Shown here: one piece after another, positions 43,486-54,538 of the stretch
Position numbering within the stretch: the first letter of the stretch is position 1
How the letters are laid out: every line of letters begins with the position of its first letter
Assembly: GCA_963796685.1 (NCBI GenBank)
Contig: CAWCMR010000013.1
Coordinates: 636,605-700,604, forward strand
Direction: 5' to 3'
DNA: 64,000 bases
Source of the DNA: an uncultured delta proteobacterium
GTDB taxonomy: Bacteria > Myxococcota_A > Polyangia > Fen-1088
Position numbers and translations under genes: made by a program
Notes under the pieces: model-generated
What the model saw: the letters and a program-made list of their open reading frames with translations, nothing else
What the model was told of the DNA's origin: nothing
The model's database searches: none

Positions 43486-45561
43486 GTCGAGTAGCCAGGG
43501 GAGGTTACCCTCCCCCAGCTCTCACAGAACCGGACTTGTGGGCCTCACATCCGGCTCTTCGGGACGCTGGCGTTCGGGAGCGACCCGTAGTCCAGCGCCG
43601 GCATTGCTGCCCGCAGCTATCCTGGCTCCAGGGCCGGGTCCATGAAGTCCAAGGCGTGATGGTCCTTCCACCGCTCGGCCAGGCTGACAAGCCCGCGTTC
43701 GGCAAAATATGCGTTGCGCAGTCCTCGTTCAACTACCGATGTGTGGCTCAGCGCCCACCAGGAGCGATGCCCCTTGTAGACCCCTTGCCACGCGGTTTTC
43801 GGTCTCACCCCCAGGCTGATGAGGTGTCGTGCGATGAAGCGTCTGCGTTTCCAGTGCCGTAGCACTATCGCTCGCAGCCGCCGCCTGATGTGTGCGTCGA
43901 GTGCCTGCAGCGTCCGCTCTTCCGCGGCCGTGCAGATACAGAAGAAGCCGATCCATCCGAGCAAATACGCGTTGACCTGTTTGATGCAGCCCTTGAGGGA
44001 CTGCCCAAGGTTTCGCGGCGTCAGCTCTCGGACCTTCTCGTCAATGCGGCTTTTGCTCCGCGCCGACAGCAGCACCTCCGCTTCCCCCGTCAGCGGCTCG
44101 CGCCGCAGCCGGAATCCCAGAAAGTGCCGCTCTTCCGGTCGGGCCACCGCGCTCTTGGCCAAGTTCACCTTCAACCGCATCCGGCCTTCGATGAACTTGA
44201 CCACGCTGGCCATCACACGCTGACCCGAGCGCTCGCTTCCGACGTAGATGTTGCAGTCGTCCGCATAGCGCACGAAGCGGTGACCGCGTTGGGCAAGCTC
44301 GCGGTCGAGCTCGTCCAGCACGATATTGCTCAGTAACGGCGAAAGCGGACCACCTTGTGGCACTCCTTCTTCCGTCGCCACCACCACTCCGTCGGGCATC
44401 ACCACCTTGGCTTTCAGCATCTGCCAGATGAGCTCGATGAGCCGCCGGTCCTTAACCCTCTGTTCTAGCCGCGCCACCAGCCGTTGCCAGTGGACCCAGT
44501 CAAAGAACTTTTCCAGGTCGAGGTCGACCACCCATTCGTACCCTTCCTCCAGATACTGCTTGGCCTCGGCGATGGCCGTGTGACAGCCTGCGCCCAGGTC
44601 GGAAACCGTGGCTCGACGGGTGAAACGTCGGCTCATAATGCGGACCGAGCACTTGGTGCACGGCCTGCTGAACCACGCGGTCCACCACGTTCGGTATGCC
44701 AAGGCCCCGCCGCCCGCCACCGCTCTTCGGTATCCATACCCGCCGGATGTCTCCGACTCGGTATGTCCCGTCGAGCAGCGACCGCGACAGCGCCGGTATC
44801 AGCGTCCCCAACCCCTTCGCCACTTCCCCCACGCTTTGCCGGTCCGGTCCAGGTGCGCCTTTGTTGGCCTTCACTTGCTCGAACGCTCTTTTCAGGTTTC
44901 CTTCGCTCGCTACCTCCTCCATCGTCATGGGCGGCAAGGTCCTCTCTTCCTCGTTCCCCGACTTCGGCACCTCGCTCCGCGCAGGCACGGGTTGGCCCGG
45001 ATCCGCTTGGGCGGTGGTCCCTTTCGGGTTGTCGGCTGTCTCGGGAAACAGTCCGAGCTGCCTTGCCTCTTTGCTGGCCGTGGTCGCCTTCCCTCCCCGC
45101 CTTCTGGCGGTTGGAACCGGCTTTCGCCGGCCTTCCGGTATTACGCGACCATCCGACTCCTCTTGTCCCTTCTTCATCTCGTCCTTTCGTTCTCGATGAA
45201 TTCCGCTTGCGATTCCTCGCCGCGGAGGCCAAGAGGTCTCTCCGGGTAAGAACGCAGAACTTCGCACCGACTCCGTCGCCACTACGCGGGCCGCCCGACG
45301 AATATTGGGCTTTGCCGCCGAAGGCCAGCTTGCCCAGCGGTACCCACGCCTTACGGCGCTTCACTTTCGTTCGGTTCGGCGCTGCACCATAGACTTCCAC
45401 CAGACACCTCCTCGCGGGAGACGGGCCTTGCGGCCCGTCTGGCCTGGTGCTCCAGACCGGCGCCCTTGTCTCGTAGGTGGGAGGTTCCCTCCGTCAGGGT
45501 CCCCAGAGGACTTGGCTATTTCATGGCTTCACCTCTTGTTCTGCGTCCATGCCGGACGCAC
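43486..45561 (-). mobile_element. Group II intron, class C (IIC)-like, full length
   Basis: 5' end GTGCGTCCGGCATGG; domain V GAGCCGGATGTGAGGCCCACAAGTCCGGTTC; domain VI ending CTACTCGAC; internal RT ORF. Confidence 0.92.
43617..45177 (-). CDS. ltrA: Group II intron reverse transcriptase/maturase, no endonuclease domain (frameshift near 44590)
   Basis: NKGAPGPD, LGIPNVVDRVVQQA, SHGFRPGR, DLEKFFD, GVPQGGPLSPLL, RYADD and FLGF motifs. Confidence 0.92.
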
Positions 45562-45862
45562 CTCCCCGCTTCGCTTCGCTACGCGGGGCGAGGTGTTTCA
45601 GGTCAGGGTTCCCATCACACCGGTCGCGTAAGGACCCGGCTGCCGAGCGTGCCATGGACGCGCGGAGCGCGGCCGTTGGCATGCGGCCGCCGAGGGGGCG
45701 TCCCCGGCGATAGCCCGCTGAGGCCGAGCGAAGCGAGCGGGGCGGAGGGTGGCGGGGAGGGGCCGAACCCGAGCGGCCGCTCTCCCCGATTGCCTACATC
45801 CCCCCGTAATTCGGCCCTGAAACGCTTGATAGCCGCCTCCCCTCGGCACTACCATATTGCCC

Positions 45863-47500
45863 ATGCAGCCCTCCTACTCCCACGGGATTACCTCCGTGCC
45901 CCTGCTGGGCGATACCATCGGCGGGAACTTGCGGCGCACGGTCCAAAAGTTCGGCGATCGCGAGGCGCTGGTTTCGTGCCACCAGAACTACCGCGCCACC
46001 TACCGCGAATTCTGGGACCAGACCGGCGTGATCGGTCGCGCCCTCATGGCCCGAGGGGTGAAGAAGGGAGAACGCGTTGGGCTGTGGTCGCCCAACCGCT
46101 TCGAGTGGGCCGTCACCCAGTATGCCACCTCGCGCATCGGCGCCATCATGGTCAACATCAACCCGGCCTACCGCAGCCACGAGCTCGAGCACGTGCTCAA
46201 GCAATCGGGCTGCTCGCTGCTCATCCTGGCGCGCGGGTTCCGCCACACCGACTACGTGTCCATGTTCCGCGACGTGGAGGGGCGCTTGCCCGAACACATC
46301 AAGGCCATCGTCATCGACGACGAATGGGGCGAGCTCAAGGAGGACGCCAAGCACGTCTCCGAGGAGGACCTTCATCTGCGCGAGCAAACCCTGGATCCCG
46401 ACGATCCCATCGACATCCAGTACACCAGCGGCACCACGGGGTTCCCCAAGGGCGCGACCCTGTCCCACCACAACATCCTGAACAACGGCTACTTCGTCGG
46501 CCGCATCCTGAAATACAGCGAGAAGGATCGCATCTGCATCCCCGTGCCTCTGTACCACTGCTTTGGCCAAGTCATGGGCAACCTGGCGGCCACCAGCCAC
46601 GGCGCGTGCATGATCTATCCCGGCGAGGCCTTCGACCCGGCCGCGGTGCTGGCCACCGTCGAGAAAGAGCACTGCACTTCGCTCTACGGCGTGCCCACCA
46701 TGTTCATCGCCGAGACCGAGCACGCGAGCTTCGCCAAGACCGACTTCGCCAGCCTGCGCACCGGCATCATGGCCGGCTCGCCCTGCCCCATCGAAGTCAT
46801 GAAGCGGGTACAGAAAGACATGCACATGCCGGAGATCACCATCTGCTACGGCATGACCGAGACCTCGCCCGTGTCCACGCAAAGCAAGGTCGACGATCCT
46901 CTGGAGAAGCGCGTGGCCACCGTGGGCTGCGTCCACCCGAACCAGGAAATCAAGCTCGTGGATCCATCCACCGGTCACGTCGTCCCCCGCGGCACCGTGG
47001 GCGAGCTCTGCACCCGCGGCTATTCCGTCATGCTGGGCTACTGGGACGACCTGCACTCGACCCGACAAGCCATCGACAGCGCGCGCTGGATGCACTCGGG
47101 CGACCTGGCCACGATGGACGACGACGGCTACGTGAACATCGTGGGGCGGATCAAGGACATGGTCATGCGCGGTGGCGAAAACATCTACCCCCGCGAAGTC
47201 GAGGAGTTCCTGTACACCAAGCCCGAGGTCGCCGACGTTCAAGTGATCGGCGTACCCGACGCCAAGTACGGTGAAGAGGTCATGGCATGGATCAAGCTGC
47301 GTCCGGGGGCGAGTCTCTCCGGCGAAGATCTGCGCGCATTCTGTAAGGGCAAGATCGCCACCTACAAGATCCCGCGCTACTGGAAGTTCGTCGAGGCCTT
47401 CCCCATGACCGTCACGGGCAAGATCCAGAAGTACAAGATGCGTGAGATGGCCGTGGAAGAGCTGAAGCTGGAGACCGCGGCCAGCATCAAGACCGCGTAG
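45863..47500 (+). CDS. AMP-binding fatty acyl-CoA synthetase
   Basis: [25 protein letters not shown] and GKIQK motifs. Confidence 0.92.
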   Translation: MQPSYSHGITSVPLLGDTIGGNLRRTVQKFGDREALVSCHQNYRATYREFWDQTGVIGRALMARGVKKGERVGLWSPNRFEWAVTQYATSRIGAIMVNINPAYRSHELEHVLKQSGCSLLILARGFRHTDYVSMFRDVEGRLPEHIKAIVIDDEWGELKEDAKHVSEEDLHLREQTLDPDDPIDIQYTSGTTGFPKGATLSHHNILNNGYFVGRILKYSEKDRICIPVPLYHCFGQVMGNLAATSHGACMIYPGEAFDPAAVLATVEKEHCTSLYGVPTMFIAETEHASFAKTDFASLRTGIMAGSPCPIEVMKRVQKDMHMPEITICYGMTETSPVSTQSKVDDPLEKRVATVGCVHPNQEIKLVDPSTGHVVPRGTVGELCTRGYSVMLGYWDDLHSTRQAIDSARWMHSGDLATMDDDGYVNIVGRIKDMVMRGGENIYPREVEEFLYTKPEVADVQVIGVPDAKYGEEVMAWIKLRPGASLSGEDLRAFCKGKIATYKIPRYWKFVEAFPMTVTGKIQKYKMREMAVEELKLETAASIKTA

Positions 47501-47503
47501 GGT

Positions 47504-48484
47504 TCATTGGATGCGCTGGAAGAACCGGTTCCAGCGAATGGACTCGAACCAGTCGACGATGCCCGAGGGTGAGAGTCCACCGCGCGAGGGATCGCGCGAC
47601 CACCAGATGATGAGCGCGCGCCCCTTGATGAGATCGAAGGGTACGAAGCCCCACACCCGGGAATCCTTCGAGTTGTCGCGGTTGTCGCCCATGGCGAAGT
47701 AGCTCCCCGGGGGAATCGTCACCGGTCCGAAATCGGACGACATCGATCGCATCGGCTCTTGATGGACTTGGTGCGTTTTGTTCCCGAGGTGCTCCAGCCA
47801 CACCTCGCAAGGGTGGCGCTCCTCGTCGCTCTCGAAGTCCCGGCTATCGTTGGTCAAGCAGGGCACGTTCAATCGTTCGCGCGCCAAGGGGCGTCCGTTG
47901 ATGAAGACCTCGTCGTGGCGAACCTGCAAGGTCTCGCCCGGCAACCCCATCACCCGCTTGATGTAGTCGATGCTTTGGTCGGGCGGGTACTTGAACACGA
48001 TGACGTCGCCACGCTTGGGCTTGCCCAGCTTGACGATCTTGGTGTTGGTGAACGGAATACCGATGGAGTAGGCGAACTTGGAGACGAAGATGTGATCGCC
48101 GACATCCAAGGTCGGGATCATCGAGCCTGACGGAATCTGAAAGGCCTCGACCACGAAGGCGCGCAGAAACAACGCCACACCCAGCGCCAGACCGATGGAC
48201 TCTGCGTATTGCCGCGTCGCCGACTTGCGCGCGAAGGCCACGTGCTCGTCCATCTTGCTGTCGATGTCCGTGATGGCCTGGCGAAGCCGATCGAGCTCCT
48301 TGCCCTTGCGAGCCGCCTCGACCTCGTCCACGGCCGCCGTCATGGTGGACACGACCGACTCGGGAATGCGGTAGCGCTTCTTCCTCAAAATCCGCTTGGC
48401 CTCGCCCACCAACTGTTTGGCTTCGGCGCTGGCGTGACGCCACTGCCGGTGCGCGCGCCAAGATCCCCAAATGCCGAGCAACAT
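47504..48484 (-). CDS. lepB: Signal peptidase I
   Basis: IPSGSMIPTL, YIKRVMGLPG and GDNRDNSKDSR motifs; follows lepA. Confidence 0.93.
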   Translation of the reverse strand: MLLGIWGSWRAHRQWRHASAEAKQLVGEAKRILRKKRYRIPESVVSTMTAAVDEVEAARKGKELDRLRQAITDIDSKMDEHVAFARKSATRQYAESIGLALGVALFLRAFVVEAFQIPSGSMIPTLDVGDHIFVSKFAYSIGIPFTNTKIVKLGKPKRGDVIVFKYPPDQSIDYIKRVMGLPGETLQVRHDEVFINGRPLARERLNVPCLTNDSRDFESDEERHPCEVWLEHLGNKTHQVHQEPMRSMSSDFGPVTIPPGSYFAMGDNRDNSKDSRVWGFVPFDLIKGRALIIWWSRDPSRGGLSPSGIVDWFESIRWNRFFQRIQ

Positions 48485-48486
48485 GA

Positions 48487-50289
48487 TCAGTCCACCTTCA
48501 GAATGGCGAGGAAAGCTTCTTGCGGAATTTCCACATTGCCAACCTGTTTCATGCGCTTCTTGCCTTCCTTCTGACGCTCGAGAAGTTTTCGTTTGCGGGA
48601 GATATCGCCACCATAGCACTTCGCGGTCACGTTCTTGCGCAGGGCCTTGACCACCGTTTTGGCGATCACGCGCGATCCGATGGAGGCCTGGATGGCGACC
48701 TCGAACTGCTGCATGGGGATGAGCTCCTTCATCTTGATGCACAGGTCGCGGCCCTTGATGTACGAGGTGTCGCGATGGACGATGGCCGACAGCGAGTCGA
48801 CGCGGTCGCCGTTGACCAGCAGGTCCAGGCGGCAAAGATCGGCGGCGCGATAGCCCTTGGGCTCGTAGTCCAGCGATGCGTAGCCGCGCGAGATGGACTT
48901 CATGCGGTCGTAGAAGCCGAAGACCACCTCGGTCAGCGGCACGTCGTAGCGGATGATCACCCGGCGTTCGCCGGCGTAGCTGAGACCGGTCTGCGTTCCG
49001 CGCCGCTCCTCGCACAACTTGATGAGGCCGCCCACGAATTCGGGCGGCGTGTGGATGGTCGCGCCGATGATGGGCTCTTCGATGCGTTCGATGTCTCCCT
49101 CGGAGGGAAACTTGGCCGGGTTGTCGAGCTCGAGGATGCTGCCATCGCGACGCACGACCTGAAAGCGCACCGTGGGTGCCGTGGTGATGAGATCGAGATC
49201 GTATTCCCGTTCCAGTCGCTCCTGCACGATCTCCATGTGCAGCAGGCCGAGGAACCCACAGCGAAAGCCGAATCCGAGCGCGGCCGACACCTCGGGCTCG
49301 CGGCTGAACGAGGCGTCGTTGAGGCGAAGCTTGTCGAGGGCGTCGCGCAGATCCTCGTAGCGTGCCGGATCGGTCGGGAAGATGCCCGCGAACACCATGG
49401 GCTTGGCGGGCTGAAAGCCGGGCAGCGCCTTCTCGCAGGGCCTGCTCGCCTCGGTGATGGTGTCGCCCACGCGCGCGTCCGCCACTTCCTTGATGGCCGC
49501 CGTGATGAAGCCCACCTCGCCCGGCCCCAGCTCGTCGATCTCCTTGGGGAAGGGCGCGAAAGCCCCCAGCCCGACGATCTCGTAATCGCGCCCGGCGGCG
49601 AGCAGGCGGATCTTCTGCTTCGCGCGCAAGCCGCCGTCGACCACGCGCACCAGCAGCACCACGCCACGATAGCTGTCGTACCAGCTGTCGAGTAGCAGCA
49701 CCTTGAGCGGTCTTTGCGCGTCCCCGACCGGCGGCGGGATGCGCGCCACCACGGCCTCCAAAATCTCTTCGATGCCGCGGCCATCCTTGGCCGACGCCAG
49801 GATGGCGCCTGACGCGTCGATGCCGATGACCTCCTCGATCTGGCGCTTGGCATTTTCCGGATCCGCGGACGGCAGATCGATCTTGTTGATGACGGGAACG
49901 ATGGCGAGGTTGTTCTCCGTGGCCATGTACACGTTGGCCAGGGTTTGCGCCTCCACACCCTGCGAAGCGTCCACCACCAAGAGCGCGCCCTCGCACGCGG
50001 CCAGCGAGCGCGACACCTCGTAGTGAAAGTCCACATGCCCCGGCGTATCGATGAGGTTGAGCTCGTAGGTCTTTCCGTCCTGCGCCTGGTAGGAAAGCCT
50101 GACCGTGGCCGCCTTGATGGTGATGCCGCGCTCGCGCTCGAGGTCCATGCTGTCGAGGAACTGATCCTTCTGCTCGCGCTGGGTAAGCGCGCCGGTGAAT
50201 TCGATCAGGCGGTCGGCCAGGGTCGATTTGCCGTGGTCGATGTGGGCGATGACGGAAAAATTGCGAATCAGGTGGGTCGGGGTCGGCAC
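48487..50289 (-). CDS. lepA: Translation elongation factor 4
   Basis: [24 protein letters not shown] and [14 protein letters not shown] motifs. Confidence 0.97.
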   Translation of the reverse strand: MPTPTHLIRNFSVIAHIDHGKSTLADRLIEFTGALTQREQKDQFLDSMDLERERGITIKAATVRLSYQAQDGKTYELNLIDTPGHVDFHYEVSRSLAACEGALLVVDASQGVEAQTLANVYMATENNLAIVPVINKIDLPSADPENAKRQIEEVIGIDASGAILASAKDGRGIEEILEAVVARIPPPVGDAQRPLKVLLLDSWYDSYRGVVLLVRVVDGGLRAKQKIRLLAAGRDYEIVGLGAFAPFPKEIDELGPGEVGFITAAIKEVADARVGDTITEASRPCEKALPGFQPAKPMVFAGIFPTDPARYEDLRDALDKLRLNDASFSREPEVSAALGFGFRCGFLGLLHMEIVQERLEREYDLDLITTAPTVRFQVVRRDGSILELDNPAKFPSEGDIERIEEPIIGATIHTPPEFVGGLIKLCEERRGTQTGLSYAGERRVIIRYDVPLTEVVFGFYDRMKSISRGYASLDYEPKGYRAADLCRLDLLVNGDRVDSLSAIVHRDTSYIKGRDLCIKMKELIPMQQFEVAIQASIGSRVIAKTVVKALRKNVTAKCYGGDISRKRKLLERQKEGKKRMKQVGNVEIPQEAFLAILKVD

Positions 50290-50344
50290 TTCACTAAACC
50301 TTCATAGGCTCTGGCTTGCCTGCTTGCGTGGCTGCTTCCGGTGG

Positions 50345-50530
50345 CTACTTGCGAATGACGTCGAGAGTGAGTTGCCCGGGAAGATGCCCCTTTTCCCTCT
50401 CCAACACCAAATCGATTCCTTGACGAATATATTCCGCGACCGGCACCTTGGTTTTGTGGTGCAGGAGCTTGAGCTGCTCATTCTGTTCCGGAGTGATGTA
50501 CACGGTCGTCGAAATTTTGTTCCGTGCCAT
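50345..50530 (-). CDS. cdbA: Ribbon-helix-helix protein, CdbA-like (c-di-GMP-binding nucleoid-associated protein)
   Basis: MARNKISTTVYITPEQ...TKVPVAEYIRQGIDLVL closely resembles Myxococcus xanthus CdbA as I recall it. Confidence 0.8.
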   Translation of the reverse strand: MARNKISTTVYITPEQNEQLKLLHHKTKVPVAEYIRQGIDLVLEREKGHLPGQLTLDVIRK

Positions 50531-50686
50531 GGCAGGACCATGCATGACCATATGTCGATAGTCAATGTGGGATCGGCCTGACGCACCCGCCGACGTGGGA
50601 AGGCCCGCGTCGACGCGATCGAATCATCAAGGATGACAAGTGACTGGCACTTGCCGCAAATGCTCACTTGGCCTAGCCTACCGGTC

Positions 50687-51487
50687 ATGGATCCTCTGCC
50701 ACCTTCTCCCGGCCGCGCCAGCGCGAGCTTCGGGCGTTTTTTGTGCTTCGACCTCTGTATTCTTGCCCTCGTCCCTGCCTGCGGCGGACAGCAAAGACCG
50801 GCCGATTCGGGCCTGGACATGAAGGTTTCTCCGACCGACTTCGGGGCCAAGTTCGATCGTTCACGCTGCGACGACAAGGGTAAACAGGTGGTGTCCTTGG
50901 ACGCGAACGGGGACGGCAAGCCCGACGTGATCAAGCTCTTCCAGTCGGTGACCCAAGACGGGCACACGGTGCAAGAGCTGGTGTGCAAGCAGACCGACCT
51001 CGACTTCGACGGCAAGATCGACCTTGTCCAGTACTACGGTCCTGACGGCCAGCTGTTCATGGACGAGTACTCCATGGACTACAGTGGAAAGTTCAACGGC
51101 CGGACGTTTTACCAAGATGGCAAGAAGGTCCGGGCCGAAAAGGACATGAACTTCGACGGAAAACCGGACTACTTCGAGTTCTACGAGGGTGGCAAGCTGG
51201 TGCGCGTGGAACGCGACCGCACCGGCAACGGCAAGATCGACGAGTGGCAATACTACGAAAACGGGCGTTTGGATCGCGTCGGCTACGACACCACCGGTTC
51301 CGGCCGTGTGGACAAATGGGAACGCAATCCCGAAGGCGGCCCTGACCTTCCCGTTGCGCAAGAGAGCGGAAGCTCGGCGGCGGTGCCCGCCCTGCCCGCG
51401 AACGCGGACACGGCGGCGGCGGCGGCGGCGGCAGATGCGGCATCGCGGGGTGGCGCCAAACCTGCGGAAAGCTCCCCAAAGCAGTAG
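50687..51487 (+). CDS. Lipoprotein with tandem Dx[DN]xDG repeats
   Basis: Lipobox LVPAC; repeats DANGDGKPD, DLDFDGKID, DMNFDGKPD, DRTGNGKID and DTTGSGRVD. Confidence 0.7.
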   Translation: MDPLPPSPGRASASFGRFLCFDLCILALVPACGGQQRPADSGLDMKVSPTDFGAKFDRSRCDDKGKQVVSLDANGDGKPDVIKLFQSVTQDGHTVQELVCKQTDLDFDGKIDLVQYYGPDGQLFMDEYSMDYSGKFNGRTFYQDGKKVRAEKDMNFDGKPDYFEFYEGGKLVRVERDRTGNGKIDEWQYYENGRLDRVGYDTTGSGRVDKWERNPEGGPDLPVAQESGSSAAVPALPANADTAAAAAAADAASRGGAKPAESSPKQ

Positions 51488-51512
51488 CGGCCGAGCTACC
51501 GGAGAAGCCTTC

Positions 51513-51854
51513 CTGACTGAGATCGACCGACGCTGGGATGGACCGCGGATGGCGCTTGATGCCACCGCGCTCATTCGTTTGGACATGCATGGTCCAGGAA
51601 TGCATTCGCGCATCGTCAACGCCAGCGGTCGTGGCATGCTCCTGGTCATGCCCGACGCTCGACCGGTTGGAACCCGGATCCACGTCACGGTTCAGCTCGA
51701 CGACCCGCCCGAGGAGATCAAGGTTTCGGGCATCATCGTCCACTGCAGCACCGCCGAGAACGTCGATCCCCGCTTCACGGCGCGTGCGGGTATCCTGGTG
51801 ACCTCGGCCGGCCCGGACTGGGACGAGCTCTGCAGCAGGCTCGCGACCAAGTAG
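51513..51854 (+). CDS. PilZ domain protein
   Basis: RRWDGPR and NASGRG motifs. Probable CTG start after a GGAG RBS; start uncertain. Confidence 0.7.
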   Translation: MTEIDRRWDGPRMALDATALIRLDMHGPGMHSRIVNASGRGMLLVMPDARPVGTRIHVTVQLDDPPEEIKVSGIIVHCSTAENVDPRFTARAGILVTSAGPDWDELCSRLATK

Positions 51855-51859
51855 GGGTG

Positions 51860-51970
51860 GGTGGCGGATCTCGCCATCGAACTGAAGCCGCAACGAACTG
51901 AAACAACTCGCATTTCCATCGATGCGCCTGGTTAGTGGCCCCCATAGTTGCCCCCAGACCTTTGCCCCTT
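51860..51970. other. Distal attachment site with integrase arm-type repeats
   Basis: 14-bp core plus tcgaac. T(T/G)GCCCCCA at 51936 and 51948 and a near-copy at 51962 match copies at 61199 (inverted), 61228 and 61240. Confidence 0.8.
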
Positions 51971-51994
51971 GGCCCCGCCTACGGGTGCCACACA

Positions 51995-52483
51995 CTACCC
52001 TTCGTCCGCCAAAGCCAGGACGTGATCGAGAAGGTCCGCAGACACCCGAAACTTCAGTTCTTGCAGGCGATCTAGCAGCGGGCGCACTGCTGGCACGAGG
52101 CCGCGCTGTTTGGCGACCACGATCACGTGCAGGGTACCCGTGACATTCACGCCGAGGCTCTTCGCCACCCTTCTGGCGGGCAAATCGTCGATGATGGCCA
52201 CCGAGCCAGGCATCGCCAGCGCCAAAGTCAGCACCGCGCGCTCACCTGCATCGAGACGGCCGAACGACTCCAACTCGGGCGACAGAGGCAACACCGTTCG
52301 CACGTCTGCCCAGGGCAGGAAGAGCGGTTCAGGAAGATCGTGGCCGTGCTCACGGCCGGCGCTCAGCTCGGCCACCACCTGGCCGGGAACGATCACACGG
52401 CCGAAGATGGCGGGCAGCACGTGCAGAATGCCCGCGCGGTGCAGGTAGCACAGAGGCGAGGTGTCGACGATGTGGTCAGCCAA
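51995..52483 (-). CDS. DUF3368-family PIN-domain toxin
   Basis: IVDTSPL, LDAGERAVL, IDDLPARRVA and GTLHV motifs. Confidence 0.88.
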   Translation of the reverse strand: MADHIVDTSPLCYLHRAGILHVLPAIFGRVIVPGQVVAELSAGREHGHDLPEPLFLPWADVRTVLPLSPELESFGRLDAGERAVLTLALAMPGSVAIIDDLPARRVAKSLGVNVTGTLHVIVVAKQRGLVPAVRPLLDRLQELKFRVSADLLDHVLALADEG

Positions 52484-52739
52484 GCGACCGGCGCAGTGTA
52501 ACCAAGTCTCGGTCGAATTCCTCGGGCGTCATGCGGAACGCATCGACACCGAACTCCCCCATCCTGTACAGGAACTCGACCCTGGTAATGCCCGCCAGCT
52601 CAGCCGCGGCGCCGGACGACAAGTGCCCCAGCTCGTGTAGCTTCATGGCCAGCGCAAGGCGCATCGTGCCCGCTGCCTCGGAAAGAGAAGGCCCCAGCGC
52701 CCGAAGGGTCGCCTCTGGTATCTCGATGGAAAGGTTCAC
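52476..52739 (-). CDS. UPF0175-family antitoxin
   Basis: LAMKLHELGHLSSGAAAELAGITRVEF; overlaps the PIN gene. Upstream palindrome tgcac-N8-gtgca (52759-52776). Confidence 0.85.
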   Translation of the reverse strand: MNLSIEIPEATLRALGPSLSEAAGTMRLALAMKLHELGHLSSGAAAELAGITRVEFLYRMGEFGVDAFRMTPEEFDRDLVTLRRSLG

Positions 52740-52879
52740 GGCCTCAAGTGTACCATGTTGCACGCTATACTGTGCAGCTAGGTTACGGCTAGCCGCGCTG
52801 GTTGACAGACTGCACCGCTCGGGTCGACAATCGTTCGGGGATCTGATTCTCGATTCGGCTGCCCACATGGAGGGACGTA

Positions 52880-53152
52880 ATGAGCGAGAAAAAGGGATTC
52901 TGGGAGAGCGTGAAGGACGAATTGAACAAGCTGGCGGGGGTGTCTAAAAACCCCACACTTGTTTGCCCGCATTGCCAGACCAAAGGCCAGGTGAGCACGC
53001 AGCACGTCGAGCGGAAGGCGGGAATCAGCGGGGCTAAGGCGACGGGTGCTCTGTTGACAGGTGGGCTTTCCCTCCTGGCTACGGGGCTCTCGCGCAAGCA
53101 AGGGTGCACGCAGGCCCACTGCGGCAACTGCGGATCAACCTGGGATTTCTGA
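52880..53152 (+). CDS. Small Zn-ribbon protein with internal glycine-rich hydrophobic segment
   Basis: CPHC ... GALLTGGLSLLATG ... CGNC; GGAGG RBS. Confidence 0.7.
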   Translation: MSEKKGFWESVKDELNKLAGVSKNPTLVCPHCQTKGQVSTQHVERKAGISGAKATGALLTGGLSLLATGLSRKQGCTQAHCGNCGSTWDF

Positions 53153-53198
53153 CTATCCGGAACAACCTCGCGGTAATAGCCTTCACCTGTCTCGCTGG

Positions 53199-54068
53199 CT
53201 ACGGCCCGCGCGCGCTGTCTGTTGCAGCGTCCATCTCCTGCATGTTCACCCACGCGGCGGCCACGGCCTGGTCATTGTCGAATCCGTGCCTGATGCGCAG
53301 CAGTTGGAGCTTGTCCGGCGGGATCGAGGCGATGACCTTGGCCGCGCTGCCGTGCATGCCCCACGCTACGCGGGGAGCACCCTTCTTGGGCTTTGGCCAG
53401 TCTACGCCATCCCACCACGTCACCCGTGGGAACGGCAGGGGGCCGGCGAGCGCGGCTTTGACGGTGGCGCGAATTCCGGAGGCGACCTTGGGCGCGTGAC
53501 CTTCGATGGCCACCGCCAGGGCAAGCAGCACCCTGTGATCGTCGGACAGCTTCTGTTCCCAATCGTCCGCACGAAAGGCCGTGCGCTCTTTGGCCAGGGC
53601 CTCGGCTTGCTCTTGCGCAGCCTTGGCGACCTTCGTCGCTTCCTCGCGCTTGCGCCGCTCTTCCTCGGCGTGCTTCGCGCAGAGCTGCGCTCGTCGCTCG
53701 ATTTCAAGCTCCGGGTTGTGCGGGCTGGCCAGAAGCTCCACGCCGTCGGCGAGTGGAAAAACGAGCTGCACGGTCTCGGACGTGCGCGGGTTCGTCCAGG
53801 GGCTCATGTGGTCCCCGGCGAATTCGCTGGTTACGATGGCTGGCGCATTCACCACGAGGAGCGGCGTTTGCCCGTCGCTGGTGAAAATCGCTAGGCGCCT
53901 CTGCCAGCTCGCCAGCTTGCTCTCGCGCCCAATCAACTTGGCGAGCTGATCGACAAGTGCCGGCAGCTCACTGTCCGTAGGGTAGCGCCAGTAGCCTGCG
54001 CGGATCGCAAGCGACTCTCGCGCCAAGGTCGGGTCTCGCCAGCGATCTGGCTTCGTTACTGAGGTCAT
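53199..54068 (-). CDS. Satellite hypothetical protein with central coiled coil
   Basis: 289-aa ORF with GGAG RBS and an EEERRKREE coiled coil. Confidence 0.6.
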   Translation of the reverse strand: MTSVTKPDRWRDPTLARESLAIRAGYWRYPTDSELPALVDQLAKLIGRESKLASWQRRLAIFTSDGQTPLLVVNAPAIVTSEFAGDHMSPWTNPRTSETVQLVFPLADGVELLASPHNPELEIERRAQLCAKHAEEERRKREEATKVAKAAQEQAEALAKERTAFRADDWEQKLSDDHRVLLALAVAIEGHAPKVASGIRATVKAALAGPLPFPRVTWWDGVDWPKPKKGAPRVAWGMHGSAAKVIASIPPDKLQLLRIRHGFDNDQAVAAAWVNMQEMDAATDSARGP

Positions 54069-54112
54069 GATCCCACTCTCCAGTTGTAGGGGTTCGTCCG
54101 TTGTTTGGTTGG

Positions 54113-54538
54113 TTACTTGCCCGAGTTTGAGTTGATACGCGCGATCATCCCCTCACACCCACCGGGCAGAGGCGCGGCGTGAGCGGCGTGAGCGGCGGGA
54201 TCATTCACCTTGGCAATCATCGCATCACGACCGACGTACTTGGTGCCGTTGACGACGACCGGACCGTCTTGCACGTCGACAACAGGCGCGGGCTCGTCTG
54301 CCAATTCCCCGCGGCAGAGCCGGCCAATGAATTGATCGCGCGCGCTCAAGGGGTTTTGAATGCCGGCGCCGGGTGGCGCGACGATGCTCTCAAGCCCGTC
54401 GTCCACAAGGGCGTCCTCCAGCGGTTCCAGCGCGTCGACAGAGGAATTGGCGGCGGCGCCCGCGTTCCGGACAGCGGCGAGCGCTTCACCGAGTGAGGGG
54501 GTGACGATGTCGTGAACGAATACGGTTGGGTTGGTCAT
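54113..54538 (-). CDS. Satellite hypothetical protein
   Basis: 141-aa ORF with AAAGGAAAG RBS. Confidence 0.6.
   Translation of the reverse strand: MTNPTVFVHDIVTPSLGEALAAVRNAGAAANSSVDALEPLEDALVDDGLESIVAPPGAGIQNPLSARDQFIGRLCRGELADEPAPVVDVQDGPVVVNGTKYVGRDAMIAKVNDPAAHAAHAAPLPGGCEGMIARINSNSGK

Noticed and set aside
43617-45177. Intron RT as inactivated, or as a retron/DGR/defence RT
   Set aside because: Clear intron 5' end and domains V/VI flank it. The frameshift cannot be distinguished from the background indel error.
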